Below the pieces are notes generated by a model. That model made no database searches, was not told the origin of the DNA, and saw only the letters and a program-made list of their open reading frames with translations. A stretch of DNA of 50,720 bases from Saprolegnia diclina VS20 (taxonomy: Eukaryota): positions 316,547-367,266 of the forward strand of contig NW_008246068.1 in the NCBI RefSeq assembly GCF_000281045.1, in the 5' to 3' direction. How positions within the stretch are numbered: the stretch's first letter is position 1; every line of letters begins with the position of its first letter. A program made the translations under genes and the position numbers. This document shows positions 23,229 through 35,475 of this stretch, one piece after another.

Positions 23229-24263
23229 TCATTTCAGCGCGGTCGGCACGTCTGCGATCGATGCCAATGGCGCGGCTGTGATCTTGCGCGACGACGGGCG
23301 GCGGATGGTCTTGAAGCGGTGCATGACTGCCGACGCAAGACCCACGCGCTTGGTCGAGGCGTCGGAAGCAATCTTGTGGTCGTCGCCTGTTGTGATCTTG
23401 ATGTCGGCAATGTGCAGAATAGCCTCGGAGGGATCGACCACAAAGGCGTGGTGGAGGAGGGCGTCGAGCGAGAGCCGCGCAGTAGCGTCCGGGTGCAGCA
23501 GCTGCCCCAGCAGGTCCAGCGCGTCCGCATCAAAGAAGTGTGTCATCTTCCAGAGCTCGAGAAGCTTGACGACGCCCTTGGCGCGAATGACGCGGAAGCG
23601 GCTGTCCGACTCGGCGGCCACTTCGACGGGCGGGATACCCGCGAGCATGATGAAGAGCATAATGCCAAGCGACCACATGTCGGCTTTGGCCGGGTCGTAC
23701 GACTGGCCCGCGAGCACCTCGGGCGCCATGTAGAACGTCTTTCCGACCGCTTCCTTGCGCAAGCTCGGTAGGCTCGCCGCGAGGCCAAAGTCGCAAATGT
23801 GGCAAATGCCGGTTCCGTCGACGAGGACGTTCTCGAGCGAGAGGTCGCGATGGGCAAAACCGCGGCTGTGCATAAAGGCCACGCCGCGGACAATCTGCCG
23901 AAAGAAGGCGGTCGCGGTCGGGAGCGCAAGGCGCTGGCCCGGCGCGTTGCTCACGACGTCGTAGAGCTCGCCGCCAGCGCAAAAGTCGAGTACAAAGTGC
24001 TCGTAGCCGTCCTGCGTAAAGTCGTCGCGCATGCGCAGCACGTTGGTGTGGCCGCCATCGGCGCTCAGCGCGCGGTTGACGTGCTTCTCAAAGAGAATGT
24101 CTTCCGAGATGGGGCGTTGCCCGACGAGCATCGTTTGGCGGCGCGCGGCCTCGAGCTTCATGCGCTTGATGGCCACGCGGTCGCCGGTGACGGCGTCGCG
24201 AGCCAAGACGACGTCACCGTACAGTGCGGGCGCTAGCACGCGGTCGATCGTGTATCGGTCCAT
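23229..24263 (-). CDS. Ser/Thr protein kinase, CAMK-like HRDLSLEN family (tandem paralog), intronless
   Basis: MDRYTIDRVLAPALYGDV, VAIK, FAHRDLSLEN, CDFG, GKTFYMAPE, DMWSLG. Confidence 0.94.
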   Translation of the reverse strand: MDRYTIDRVLAPALYGDVVLARDAVTGDRVAIKRMKLEAARRQTMLVGQRPISEDILFEKHVNRALSADGGHTNVLRMRDDFTQDGYEHFVLDFCAGGELYDVVSNAPGQRLALPTATAFFRQIVRGVAFMHSRGFAHRDLSLENVLVDGTGICHICDFGLAASLPSLRKEAVGKTFYMAPEVLAGQSYDPAKADMWSLGIMLFIMLAGIPPVEVAAESDSRFRVIRAKGVVKLLELWKMTHFFDADALDLLGQLLHPDATARLSLDALLHHAFVVDPSEAILHIADIKITTGDDHKIASDASTKRVGLASAVMHRFKTIRRPSSRKITAAPLASIADVPTALK

Positions 24264-24387
24264 GCTGGTCGTGGTAGATGGAAACTTGAAGAATGCGCCC
24301 GTCGAAGCAGGTTGACAATCTCCAATCCAGGACCATCACTCTGTGTGAATTTTCTTTTATCCAATCGTATGGTGCACAGCAATTTTT

Positions 24388-24395
24388 AGCCAATG
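24388..24395. promoter_or_regulatory. CCAAT box (AGCCAATG)
   Basis: About 127 nt upstream of the ATG at 24263; further CCAAT copies at 24361 and 24506. Confidence 0.45.
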
Positions 24396-26016
24396 AAACG
24401 TGCCCACCTCGTTTCGCTCGCCCGTGGATTGGCAACAGCGAGGTGCCGCGTGGATCGTCATGCGACGACTTTGATTGGATGTTGCACGAGACACTCGGAG
24501 TATAGCCAATCAGAACACACGTCCCAATGCTTTCACCAATCCGGAGACAGTCCAAGCCGACTTCAATGCGACTGTGGCCGAAAGTTCACGTGGCGCGGTC
24601 TTTTTTATCGAAAGATTTGAAGAGATTGGAGATTTGTATAAAAAGGCGCGAAATACAAAAATAAGATCCGATTGTTGATGGCTGCTCGAGCTAGATTCAA
24701 GCGCGCTCCGTGATCATGTAGCACGCTTTGGCACAGTGTCTGCATATGGCGCTAGGCGCGTTCTCGTGTGTGGCATTTTTCGAAGCGCCGCGTCTGGTCG
24801 GCAGAAGCATCGGAACAGACTGGCGGGAACGGCAGAAGGACCAGTCTTGGCGCCAAACCGCAGAGTGGGACGAATCGTATCTCGGAAAATGTTGGTCGTG
24901 CTCGGAGGATTCCCTTTGGAGTTTGTATGGCGCACAACCGCAGCCTGGAATTCGCCCAGAACCCAAGCAGCCGGTGCCATTTTACTGGATTCAAATGCAT
25001 CCATACAACCAGAGCTCGGAGAGGTTGTCAACACAACCACTTGAATCATCAAAGCTGCCTACGACTGCTGTAGTTGTGTGCATTTGTTGTCGTCAAGGCC
25101 AAAGCGATGAAGAAGGACGGAACGTATGGCTGGAAAGACACGGCGACGGTTTCACGCTCATGACGTGGCAAGCGGAATGACGAGCTTGCAGTGCAATCTC
25201 AAAAATTCACAATCTCATGTCGTCCATAGGCGTCGTAACTGGCAACGAACGAAGTCGCGTGCTGTCTGCCGCACGCTTCTTCTCGAGGACGAAGAAAGAA
25301 AATGTATGGTGCGCTGTCGGTTTCAACAATCTCTTGAGGGTCGAGCGCGAAGAAGCTTCTGTCCGACTAGGCTGCTGGACCAAATCCGTCGCTTACTAGA
25401 CCGGTATGTAAAATCGTAGCCTAGTTTCATTTCGAGTGTTGGGAATGTCGAGGTCCTCTTCGTGTACGGGTAGATAAACTACCCAAGTGGCATGGCCTCG
25501 CCGGCCGACTAAATTGTAGCCTGCGCACTAGATCTCCTTGGTGAGGTGCACAAGATGGACCGTCTTGGTCATAGCAATAAGAATTCTTAGTCGATTTCCC
25601 AGCATCATCCTAGAAAAGGCCCACGGGGCTTCGTCTTACGCATGTGCATCGTGTACTCTGTCGGCTATACAACTAGAATCCGTCGTTCACATTGTCATAC
25701 GAGCAGGTAATCGAGAAAGACGCTTGCAAGTCTCGGGCACCGTCCAATGGGTATCGACCAACGGCCACTATCCAGAGAGTTCAACTGACCGTGGAAGGCT
25801 AGTACGGCAACGGCACATTTTTGACATCGTCGTCGCGGTGCTTCGTTTGGCCCTTGCGTAAGCCACGAGCTTTCAATGGAAAAGGCTCGTCGCTCACTCT
25901 TTTGTCCACAATACAAACTCTGTCGACGAAGATATTTGATTGGCAAAGGGAACACAGTGGCTATGAATAGCCACTGCCATGATGAGCCAACGCCACGATT
26001 TCATTTTAGCTTCTTC

Positions 26017-26907
26017 ATGCAACGCAGCAGTACACCTCAGCTGCTGCTGGCATCGGCCATGCTTGCCGTCACGTCGGCGCTCGATGGGTGCCAGCAGTGT
26101 GAAGCCACCGGCAACTGCGCAACGGCGTACCGCAACACGCCGGGGCGATTTTGCGGGCACTGGCTCAGTAATATGGGTGCGACGCTCGGCTGCTGCTGCC
26201 CAACGGGCGCCATTTGCGCCGTGTCGAATTATGCATGCGAGTGCAAGAATCAGCCGACGACATCCTCCAGCTCGAGCGGCGGACTCATCGGCGGCATCGT
26301 CGGGGGTGTGATCTTTATCTTCATCGTCGTGGGCTTTGCCTGCTTCTTTCGGAAATGCTTCAAACTCTGCTGCGGCGTTCGCCACATCATCACGGTGCCG
26401 CAGCAAGCCGTGCCAATGGCCGTGCCCATGGCACAGCCCATCGTGTACCCACCGCAAGGCCAAGGCGGATACCCAGGGCAGCCCGTGAAACAACAGCCAT
26501 ACTGTGGTGGCCAACCCCAAGCCATGTACCCGGGGCAGCAGCCGCAGCAAGTAATGTACCCCGGCCAGCAAGTCATGTACCCCGGCCAGCAGCCGCAACA
26601 GGTCATGTACCAACCCCAGCCCCAGCCAGTGTTGTACCAGCCACAGCCCCAAGTGGTGTATCAGCCGCAACCTCAAGTGTTTGGCGGGGCTCATGTCGTC
26701 GTGGCGCCGCACCCCGTCGTTTACGGCGGCAACAACGGCTTCGTCGAAGGCATGATCGTCGGTGGCATGCTTGACGGTGGGCACCACCACCATCACTTTG
26801 GCGGCTTTGGCGACGGCGGCGACTATGGCCGTGATGGTGGTGGCTTTGGCGGCGACTTTGGCGGCGGTGGTGGTGACGGCGGGGGTACTTTTGGTGGTGA
26901 CTTTTAG
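26017..26907 (+). CDS. Type I single-pass membrane protein: signal peptide, small Cys-rich ectodomain, TM, Pro/Gln/Tyr-rich and Gly-rich cytoplasmic tail (Shisa/WBP1-like layout)
   Basis: LLLASAMLAVTSA signal-like segment; 10 Cys including CCC; TM GLIGGIVGGVIFIFIVVGFACFF; juxtamembrane RKCFKLCC; YPGQQ repeats; GGDF-rich end. TCATTTT at 26001 lies just upstream of the ATG at 26017. Confidence 0.85.
   Translation: MQRSSTPQLLLASAMLAVTSALDGCQQCEATGNCATAYRNTPGRFCGHWLSNMGATLGCCCPTGAICAVSNYACECKNQPTTSSSSSGGLIGGIVGGVIFIFIVVGFACFFRKCFKLCCGVRHIITVPQQAVPMAVPMAQPIVYPPQGQGGYPGQPVKQQPYCGGQPQAMYPGQQPQQVMYPGQQVMYPGQQPQQVMYQPQPQPVLYQPQPQVVYQPQPQVFGGAHVVVAPHPVVYGGNNGFVEGMIVGGMLDGGHHHHHFGGFGDGGDYGRDGGGFGGDFGGGGGDGGGTFGGDF
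26521..26680 (+). repeat. Coding tandem repeats MYPGQQ(PQQV) and YQPQPQV
   Basis: Repeated atgtaccc(c/g)gg(c/g)cagca units and YQPQPQ units are directly visible. Confidence 0.8.
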
Positions 26908-27356
26908 TCTAAGCTATTGCATCTATTATTGCATTGTTATCCTATACAACTCACGACGCTTCCACCGATTACATTTCAGTCATAAACGACTACAATGACC
27001 CGCGTCCCGTCGAGGTACGAGTGCGAATAGCAGCACCGTTGCCCCACCAGCCCCAAGCATCCATACCTAGCTCTTGCGTGAGAAACCGTGGTGTCCAACG
27101 ACTCTCGCCAAACTCGGCTTTGATGACGACAGCGATGCGCAGTCGGCAAAGCATCGAAGAGCCTGGCGCACGGCTGCGGCAAGGTACGTTCCGTCGGGAG
27201 CAAGGTGAAGCTACAAGTATTGCATTGTCGAAGAAGATCACCGTGCCTTCGCGATGATGACGTGGCATGCTCCACAGGCACCCAAATTTCGAAGCCACGC
27301 AGCGCGCTCTGATTGGTCCATAAATGTGCGATTGTGTCTTCGATGGCCATTTGGCC

Positions 27357-29151
27357 ATGTGGTCGACCTTGGAAGCGCAGGGCCTCCAGGCGTCCGGCGC
27401 TGCGCTCGTCGTCGTCGTCGCGCTCCTCGTACGCTGGCTCGTCTCGCTGCATCCGTACTCGGGCATGGGCCTTAGCCCCATGTTCGGCGACTACGAAGCC
27501 CAGCGCCATTGGATGGAGCTCACGTTCCAGCTGCCTCTCTCGCGCTGGTACCACTACGACCTCTTGTACTGGGGCCTCGACTACCCGCCGCTGACGGCGT
27601 ACGTCTCATATATCTGCGGCTCGGTGGCTAGCGTTGTCGAGCCCGCGCTCGTGGCCTTGGACGCGTCGCGCGGCTACGAGACCGTGACGAGCAAGGTCTT
27701 TATGCGGGCGACGGTCCTCATCTGCGATCTCGTCGTCTTCATCCCGTCGCTCGCGCTGCTCGCCAAGTGCGTCTACGACAAGCAGTGGATGTTGCGCATG
27801 GAATTGCTCATGCTCATGCTCTTGCAGCCCGCGTTCATCTTGATTGACCACGGCCACTTTCAGGTTCCTTCCTCTCTTGCTGTTAGGAGCGTGTTATATC
27901 CATGCCAACTAGTACAACAACGTGTCGCTGGGCTTGACAACGCTTGCAGTTGTGTGCATTCTGCGCGATTATAACTTTGTCGGTGCCGTCTGCTACTGCC
28001 TCGCGCTCAACTTTAAGCAAATGTCGCTCTACTACGCGCCGGCCATCACGTTCTACCTCTTGGCCAAATGTGTCTATGGTCCCCGCTTCCTGTCTCTCTT
28101 TGCCACGCTCGCAACAGCCGTCCTTCTGACGTTCTCGGTGCTCTGGGCGCCGTTCTGCGTCTTCTCGGACACGACCTGCGTCGACGGCCTGGCCCAAGGT
28201 ACATAGATACCTTGCAACATCCAGAATAGGACACGACGTGTGCTCCTAGTGCTCCACCGCATCTTCCCCGTCGGGCGTGGCCTCTTTGAAGACAAAGTGG
28301 CCAACGTCTGGTGCTGCCTCGACCTCTTCCTCAAGCTGCGGCAGCGCGTCGCCAGCCAAGAGCACCTGGTGTACCTCTGGTACATCGCAGAGGCTGTCGG
28401 CCAGCTCTCATAACATTGGGGTAGCACACTCGCCACGCTCCTGGCCTTTCTTCCGTCGGTTCTCGACCTCCTTCGACGACCACCGAGCCGCACGCGCTTC
28501 TTCCTCAGTCTTTTCAACTGCTCGATGGCCTTCTTTCTCTTTTCGTATCAAGGTCGATCTGCCAATATTGTCTTCTAGTGTGTTGACATGCTATGCATGT
28601 CTAGTCCACGAAAAATCGATTCTGCTGCCGCTCTTGCCCATGACGTTTTTGCTCTCGGAAGCGTCGCTGCTCGCAAGCCACTTTGGTGCTGTCGCGACCT
28701 TTAGGTATACCGCGTATCGATGTACAACATGTCTGATGCCGCAGTAGCATGTACTTTTTGCTCGTCAAGGACGGTCTCGTTGTCCCGTATGTGGCCGGCA
28801 GCCTCGGCTACGTCTGCTTTGGCATCTACCCGTACCTGACATCGTCGCGCTTGCACGCCGACGTCTCGGCGCCGGGTATCGATCGTGGCGGCCGAGTCCA
28901 TCGCTGGCAGCGCGTCTACGTGCTTGTACGTGGCCGTGACTTTGGTGGCGCTCAACACCGCGTAGGTGTCGCTGCTGGGCATGCTCGTGCTGCACTTGGT
29001 GGCCGCGCTTGTGCCGCCACCGGCCAAGTACCCCCACGTCCACCAGTACCTCTTTGCCCTCTACGCGTGCGCTCACTTTGTGCTGGCGCTTGGCTACACA
29101 ACGTACTGGCAGTGGACGGTCGTCGAGGTCGCCAAGACCAAGACCGACTAG
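27357..29151 (+). CDS. ALG6: Dol-P-Glc:Man9GlcNAc2-PP-dolichol alpha-1,3-glucosyltransferase; multi-exon
   Basis: [80 protein letters not shown]-terminal KTKTD fits a KxKxx ER-retrieval signal. Confidence 0.95.
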
Positions 29152-29575
29152 ACGCGGTTCAACCGCGGTTTGAACTGTTAACCCTCCCGCGACGGAGAGT
29201 TTTGGGCGATAATCTTAACCTACGTGAGCTTTGCCGCGAGTTGATGGGTGGGCGTACGCTTGTGCAGCAGAGCAGCCATTCGGTGCACCGACGCGAGTGA
29301 CGGCAGTGCATCACCAACGCGTTTCCTTTGTTGCGTGGTCCGGGCAAGCGGCTAGACAAGTTGTGCGAGCGGCGACATTGCACTTGCAACTTGAAGTAGC
29401 GTTAGGGTGGTGGTGATGGGCAGGCACGCGCAGGTGCCGGCGTGTTGAGCAATCATTGGCTACGTGAGGGGGATTGGCTCCCCAATACGCTTGTTGGTGT
29501 AGACCACATGTCGACTGGTATTTCACTCACAACGAGTATAAGAAAGAATAAGATGAAGAATAAGTTAGTATAATG

Positions 29576-30544
29576 TTAAGTGGCGGTCGCAAGCGACGAG
29601 AGATACCGCATCGAGAGCTGCGCCATGGGCTTGAGCGCGTGCACGCTCATCAACACGGGCTGGCTCGCCGACCGCTTGCGCAGGTTCTTGAGGACGGGCG
29701 GGGTCGGATGCAAAAACTTGTGGGCCAGCACGTCGTCCAGCGACAAGCGCTGCATTGGACTCGGGTTGAGAAGCTTGGTGACGAGGTCGAGTGCGGCCGA
29801 CGAGAGGTGCAGGCCGACGCGCGCAATGAGCGCCGCGACGCCCGTCTCGGGTGTAGCTGCTTGCGCCTCGAAAAAGATCTTGTAGTTGGCGTCGCGTAAG
29901 GTCGCCTCTTCAAAGAGCGGGCGGCCCGTGAGGAGCATGAAGAGCACGACGCCGAGCGCCCAGCGGTCTGCGGCCTGCGCGTTGTAAGCGCGGCGCATAA
30001 ACATCTCGGGCGCCATGTAGTAGAGCTTCCCGACGCCGCCAAACTTGGTCGGTGTCGAGAGCAGTCCAAGGCCAAAGTCGCAGAGCCGGACACCGTTCCC
30101 GCCGTCGAGCAAGAGGTTCTCGAGCGACACGTCCAAATGTGCAATGTCGTGCTTGTGGATATGGGCAAGGCCTTTCACGATTTGGCGAAAGAGGCCCACG
30201 ACGTGGCCCTCCTTCCAGACGGACGAGGTCGAGAGGAGGCTCGAGAGGAGGTCGCCGCCAACGCAATAGTCGGTGACCAAGTGCAGTTGACCGTTTTCAA
30301 TAAAGTGATCGCGGAGATGCACGACGTTCTCGTGCGGGTACGGCTGCAGTGCGCGGTTGATAGCGAGCTCCTTGTACCCGAGCTCGCGCGCGTCAACTTC
30401 GTCGACATGCACCGCGTTCGTTGGAAAGCTTTTGATGACGACGAGGTCGCGGCTCGTAATGTGCTGGTAGACGGCCAAGGTCGCGTCGGTCTGCGCCAAC
30501 GGCCGCACAAAGTCGTACGTGTTGGCGAGGTGCGAGTGGGGCAT
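29576..30544 (-). CDS. Divergent Ser/Thr kinase of the same family (HLDVSLEN, no Gly-rich loop), intronless
   Basis: VVIK, DYCVGGDL, IAHLDVSLEN, CDFG, GKLYYMAPE, DRWALG. Confidence 0.9.
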   Translation of the reverse strand: MPHSHLANTYDFVRPLAQTDATLAVYQHITSRDLVVIKSFPTNAVHVDEVDARELGYKELAINRALQPYPHENVVHLRDHFIENGQLHLVTDYCVGGDLLSSLLSTSSVWKEGHVVGLFRQIVKGLAHIHKHDIAHLDVSLENLLLDGGNGVRLCDFGLGLLSTPTKFGGVGKLYYMAPEMFMRRAYNAQAADRWALGVVLFMLLTGRPLFEEATLRDANYKIFFEAQAATPETGVAALIARVGLHLSSAALDLVTKLLNPSPMQRLSLDDVLAHKFLHPTPPVLKNLRKRSASQPVLMSVHALKPMAQLSMRYLSSLATAT

Positions 30545-31457
30545 GGCTCGCTAAATAAGAACTGCCTTGCTCGGCCGGCGGCGCCTACTAGAGTCCGACT
30601 ACACTGTACGAGCAGAGCGGCGGAGACGGCTTCTTGAATCTGGCACGCGCCCGCCTGCGACAGATGCACAATAAAATGCAAACGAGATTCCTTTTTAATG
30701 CGAGAGATTCAGTACAGTATACAAACGCAGGGTATTTAAAAGATTGGAGCATGAGATTGCATTACATTTTAATGCACTTGAAGTTGGCGCGGACAAATTT
30801 GTATAGACATGGCTACGATATGCAAAAGCCGACAATTTTTCACAACTTGACACAAAAGTATACCAATTTCCGGATTTGAAGACGTTATCCGGATTACTGC
30901 CGTCTGACGTCACGCCGATGACGGACCTGCGCACTGTCGGCGGCCGCCAAGGATTGATAACACGTATATGTGGGCAAACCGCGTGCATAGGAATGTTCGC
31001 GGAGGCTCTTTCTATCGCATCGACTGCGAAAAATAAAATTTAGGTCGCGTCGAATCGCGATATTAGAGCGCCAAATATTGCAGCCTTTAGCATATCGCTG
31101 AGAACATAGCGATGGCTCATCACATTTTGGAGGCGATCGCAGGTGATGGCTACTTGCAGCGCCGTCCGATTGGCCGAGCGCGGGCTAATGGAGGCGCGTG
31201 ATGCTCGGCTGTCATGGCCCTGCGTCCTGCGACCAGACACGCTCTAGCAGCGTCTCTCTGTGTCGCTACCAGTCGCATTCACGCCAGGTGCCCAGCCTGC
31301 TCGTACAGCTCCTACATCCGCGTCGGTAATGGCAGCGCGCATCTCTATGACTCGCGACGAGTTCGCTAAGATACGGGTGGCGCCACATCGCAAGCCGTCG
31401 ACGACCAAGCCAACCAAGCAACCACGGTTGACACGATATTACAAGTAGGAAATGGGG

Positions 31458-32992
31458 CTAGGCACGGTAGATCTTGATCACTTCGCGGATCTGCGCACGG
31501 CATACGGGGCACTCGGCCGTCGACTCGAAAATGCTCGACGCGCAGCTGAGGCACATGGTGTTGTGGCCGCAGGGTACGCACACGGCATCGCATGCGTCGT
31601 CGAGGCAGACGATGCATTCGGCTTGGTAGAGTGCGGGTGCGGTTGGCGCTACGGACGAGCAAGTGTCCTGAGGCCACAGAGTACCGACGACAACAACCGT
31701 GCAGTAAGTAGTACCTGGGCTCGGCAGTAGCACGTCGTCCAACGACGGAGCGGTCGGGGTGCACGGCGAGGGCGGCGGCGGGGCACGGGCCGCCGCAGAC
31801 TACTCCAATGGTTTCGAATCCGGCTACGACAAGTACGGTACCTCAGTGTGCACCGACGATGAGCGGTAGGCTTCCGGGTCCATGCACGGGTCGTACACGG
31901 CTTGCAGCTACGCAAGCGGTTCGTGCGAAGCGGTAGGAGATGGTCGGGGAACGTACGGCGTCTGTGACGAGGAAGGTGGTCCACGCGGCGTAGCCGTCGG
32001 CGTTGACCGCCGCAAACTCGAGCGGCTCGTGCACCATTGTCGGCAGCGACGTGTGCGCACCGTCCTTCTTGACGCACTCGAGCGTAAAGGCAAAGGGCTT
32101 GCTGTTGAAGAGCTTTTGCTTGCTGTTGAAGTTGACCGCGTCGGCGCCGACGCGGAAGAGCACGACCGACCTAGTTCATTGTCGTCAAAGAAGGGTGTAC
32201 GTTGAAGGAAGGGCGTGTACGAGGGCGTCGACGACCGCTCCCAGTTGGCATCGTCACGCCGCTCGGCCGAGAACGAGTAGAGCACGAGCTCAAAGTGTGA
32301 GCGCAGCGCGGTCCGCAGTACGATCCCGTACCTACCGCAACGTCCTTCGAGGTACTGTCCTGTTCATGTGGTGACGCACCGCCGCTTCCACGACTGCAGC
32401 GCCGAGACGCTCAGCGTGCGCGAAGCCAAGTTGTCGATGCTTTCGTAGACCCAGCCTTCAAAGACAGTACAGCGCTAATGCCACGTCATGAGCAGCTGCG
32501 AGAACACACAGAGGTGGCAACCTGCTCGAGGATGTCGACGCACGTTAGGAATCGCCGCGGCGCCTCATCGACGTCTTCGTACAAGGCGCGTGCTTGGTCG
32601 AGCGGCGACTGCCCGAGCGCGTTGAGGCGGAACGGCGAGACGCCGTGAAGCGTCACAAGGTACTGGAGCACTTCGGCCTTCCCGGCGAGCACAGCGTGGT
32701 GCACGGCGCTATCGCCACGGTTGTCAACTTGGTCGCGGAGGTAGAGCTGCGTCGCCTCGTGCTCGAAGAGCGCGTGGACGACCGCGAGGTGGCCCTTGGC
32801 GCAGGCGAGGAGCAGTGGCGTGCATCCGCTACCGTCTGTGATCTCGAGCGCGTCGCGGATGGCGTCGGGGCCATGGCCCTCGAGGTAGGTCGTGACGGCG
32901 CCGATGTCGCCGTTCTTGGCCGCGTACCAGAGCGCCGAGCCTGGCTGGACGACCGTCATCGCCCACTCGTAGAGCGCTTGGAGGCCGAACAT
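31458..32992 (-). CDS. Ankyrin repeat-PH-like-RING (C3HC4) E3 ubiquitin ligase, XBAT34/35-like; multi-exon
   Basis: Ankyrin motifs GCTPLLLACAKGH and GDSAVHHAVLAG; spliced VFEGWVYES..WKRRYGIVL; RING CIVC..CVPCGHNTMCLSCA..CPVCRAQIREVIKIYRA*. Confidence 0.9.
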
Positions 32993-33831
32993 GGTGACGA
33001 AAATACGAGACTTGAAATGGGCTGGGCATGGACAAGATACAATATCATATTGCCCCATCAATATTTAAAACCACGTGGGAATATGAATATGATGGCAATC
33101 CGTGCAATATGTGTACGATGCGCGCTGGCAAGCACAATTTGTTGCGGGCGAGGCTTGCATTAACCAGGTCAAATACATGTCTGGTAGATCTGTGCCCACG
33201 AAGGACACCACGAGACGACACGAACGCTGTGTACGAGCCCGCTTAGCCTCGAACGGCGGAACCCGCTCGCGACGAACGTTGTGTGGCCAAACAGGGCTTT
33301 TTTAGCTGGCGCAAGGGATATATGTGGGCAGAGACACGACATTGTACTCTCTTCTTCTCTCCCGACGATAGTTGATGTGCATTCTCGAGGTCGCAATTAC
33401 CGAATATTGACCGTCGTCAATCTCAACTGCCATGACTATCACGAGAGCGCGCTCAACTATAGAGTGATGGTTATATATGTAGAATGTAGGTCGTAAAATG
33501 CGCTGAATTCAGACAACGGCGCAGCGGCAAACCGGAGCTGGAGCGCTGTGCTGCTCGTCCCGCATGACGAAGCGTGCATCATCCACATAAGGCGCGCTTG
33601 CTGGCGCGACCGCCACGCAGACACGCACCTACCATCGACGAACGGCCCGTGTGACGTGGCAGCACGCCAGGATCAAATCGGCGTCGACGTCATCATCCGA
33701 CGCGTCCGTAGCCTCGCCACAGACGTTGTCCTTTGGCTCACGAGTTGGAGTCTAGCGTCCTATAAATTACAACAGGCAGTCGATCGCGTTGTCACTTGGT
33801 TGACCAAGTTGATTTGATTTTTGCAGTTCGT

Positions 33832-35475
33832 TTAGCACTGGAACAAGCGGATGATCTGAAGGATCTCGGCACGACACACGGGGCACGTTTTCGCATCTTG
33901 GGCCATGATCCGGTCGGCGCACTCCATACAAACAGCGTTGTGGCCGCACGGCACACAGACGCCGACCTGCGGCGCGTCATAGCACACGACGCACTCGCGA
34001 CTTGGTGCGGGCAGCAGCGCACTCGGCGGCGCATAGGCCACCGGTGCACTCGGTGGTGCATAGGCCGGGGCGCTCGCTGGCTCGCAGAACGACGGTGCCG
34101 TCGCCGCAAACCGCCGGTCGTCGTCAATCTCGTCGAACGTGTCGACGGCGAGCTGCTTGGTGGGCACGGGTGGTGGTAATGGAAAGAGTTCGTTGTACTG
34201 CGGCGGCGGCATGGCAGGAAAGAGCTCTGTCGACGACGAGCCCGAGCTTTGACGCCGCACGCTGCCCTCGCGCGGTGGCAAGAACGAGTCGTTGGACCGG
34301 CTACTGGCGTCGCGCTGGGCCGCGTGCTAGTTGTATCAAGATGAGCCAATGCAGTGATACGAAGCACACCATCGAGGCTTGGACAAAACTCTCTTCGAAG
34401 AAGGCAACCCATTTCTCAAGGCTCGGGGCGTCGACGGCAGCACACTCGACGCGCTGCAGCTCGCCGGGCTCCGAGAGACTGGGCTTCTGAAGAGCATGAA
34501 ACGAAAAGGTGTGGTCACGGTTGTTGATGTTGCGCTTCGAGCCCGGGAGTGTGAGCGGGTCGCCTTTTTCATACATCCAAAACGACCTATGCCGTTCGAT
34601 TAGCCATATGCAAGATGACATGGGTAGGTACTCGGGCGCCGACGGACGCACGCCATTTTCGCGCTGGTCGTAAACAACAAACTGCAAAGTCGATGTCTCG
34701 TGGCCCGTCGCTAGCACGAGTACGAAGCGGAGGCGCCACGTGTGGCAGTTGAGTCCGACCGTGTTGAGAATGTACTTGTTGGCGATCGAGTCGAGCACGC
34801 TCTCGTAGAGCCAGCCCGAGAACACCAGCAGCCGCTAGGACAGGCCATCAGTATTTGGATGGTGTCGTTATAGGCATGTACCTGCTCGAGGAGTCGAATG
34901 CACTTGACGACGCAGCCGAGCTTGTCGCCGACGGCGCACGCGCGTCGCGCCACGTCGAGTGCCGTGAGAGAGCTCAAAGACCGAGCGTGCGGGTCCATCT
35001 CGGGCAGTGTGAGCAGCCACTGGACGATGACGTACTGTCCGTGCTGGCTCGCACAGTGGAGCGCTGTGAAGCCCGCTAGGTTGACCGCCAAGAGCTCAAT
35101 GCCGCGAGCGTACAGCGCTTTGGCGCACTCGAGATGCCCGCCAAGGCACGCCATCATGAAGGGTGTGTTGTGCGCCTTGGCGTCCGGCACGTCAATGCCT
35201 ACTGTTGCACGCCGCACGACGTCGACGAGGCCGTACTTGCATGCAAACCATATAGCTTGCTCGGGCGGGAACGTGCTGGACGCGAACGCATTGCCGAGCT
35301 TGGCGTGGGCCTTCTGTAGCTTGCCGCTGGCAGCGCGCTGCTTGCGCCGCCAGTGCTCAGCCTTGGCCGCGTCGCGGACGTAGCTCTCTGCCTTGAAGAT
35401 GCACTTCTCTCGGCGCATCGTGCCATCGAGCACCTTGTCGTACAGCTTCTCGGTTTTGCGCAGCACCTTGTCCAT
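33832..35475 (-). CDS. Ankyrin repeat-PH-like-RING E3 ubiquitin ligase, XBAT34/35-like; multi-exon
   Basis: Ankyrin motifs NTPFMMACLGGH and GFTALHCASQHG; VFSGWLYES..WRLRFVLVL; RING CVVC..CVPCGHNAVCMECA..CPVCRAEILQIIRLFQC*. ATG at 35475, preceded by Inr-like GCTCATTCTCC (35482-35492). Confidence 0.9.
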
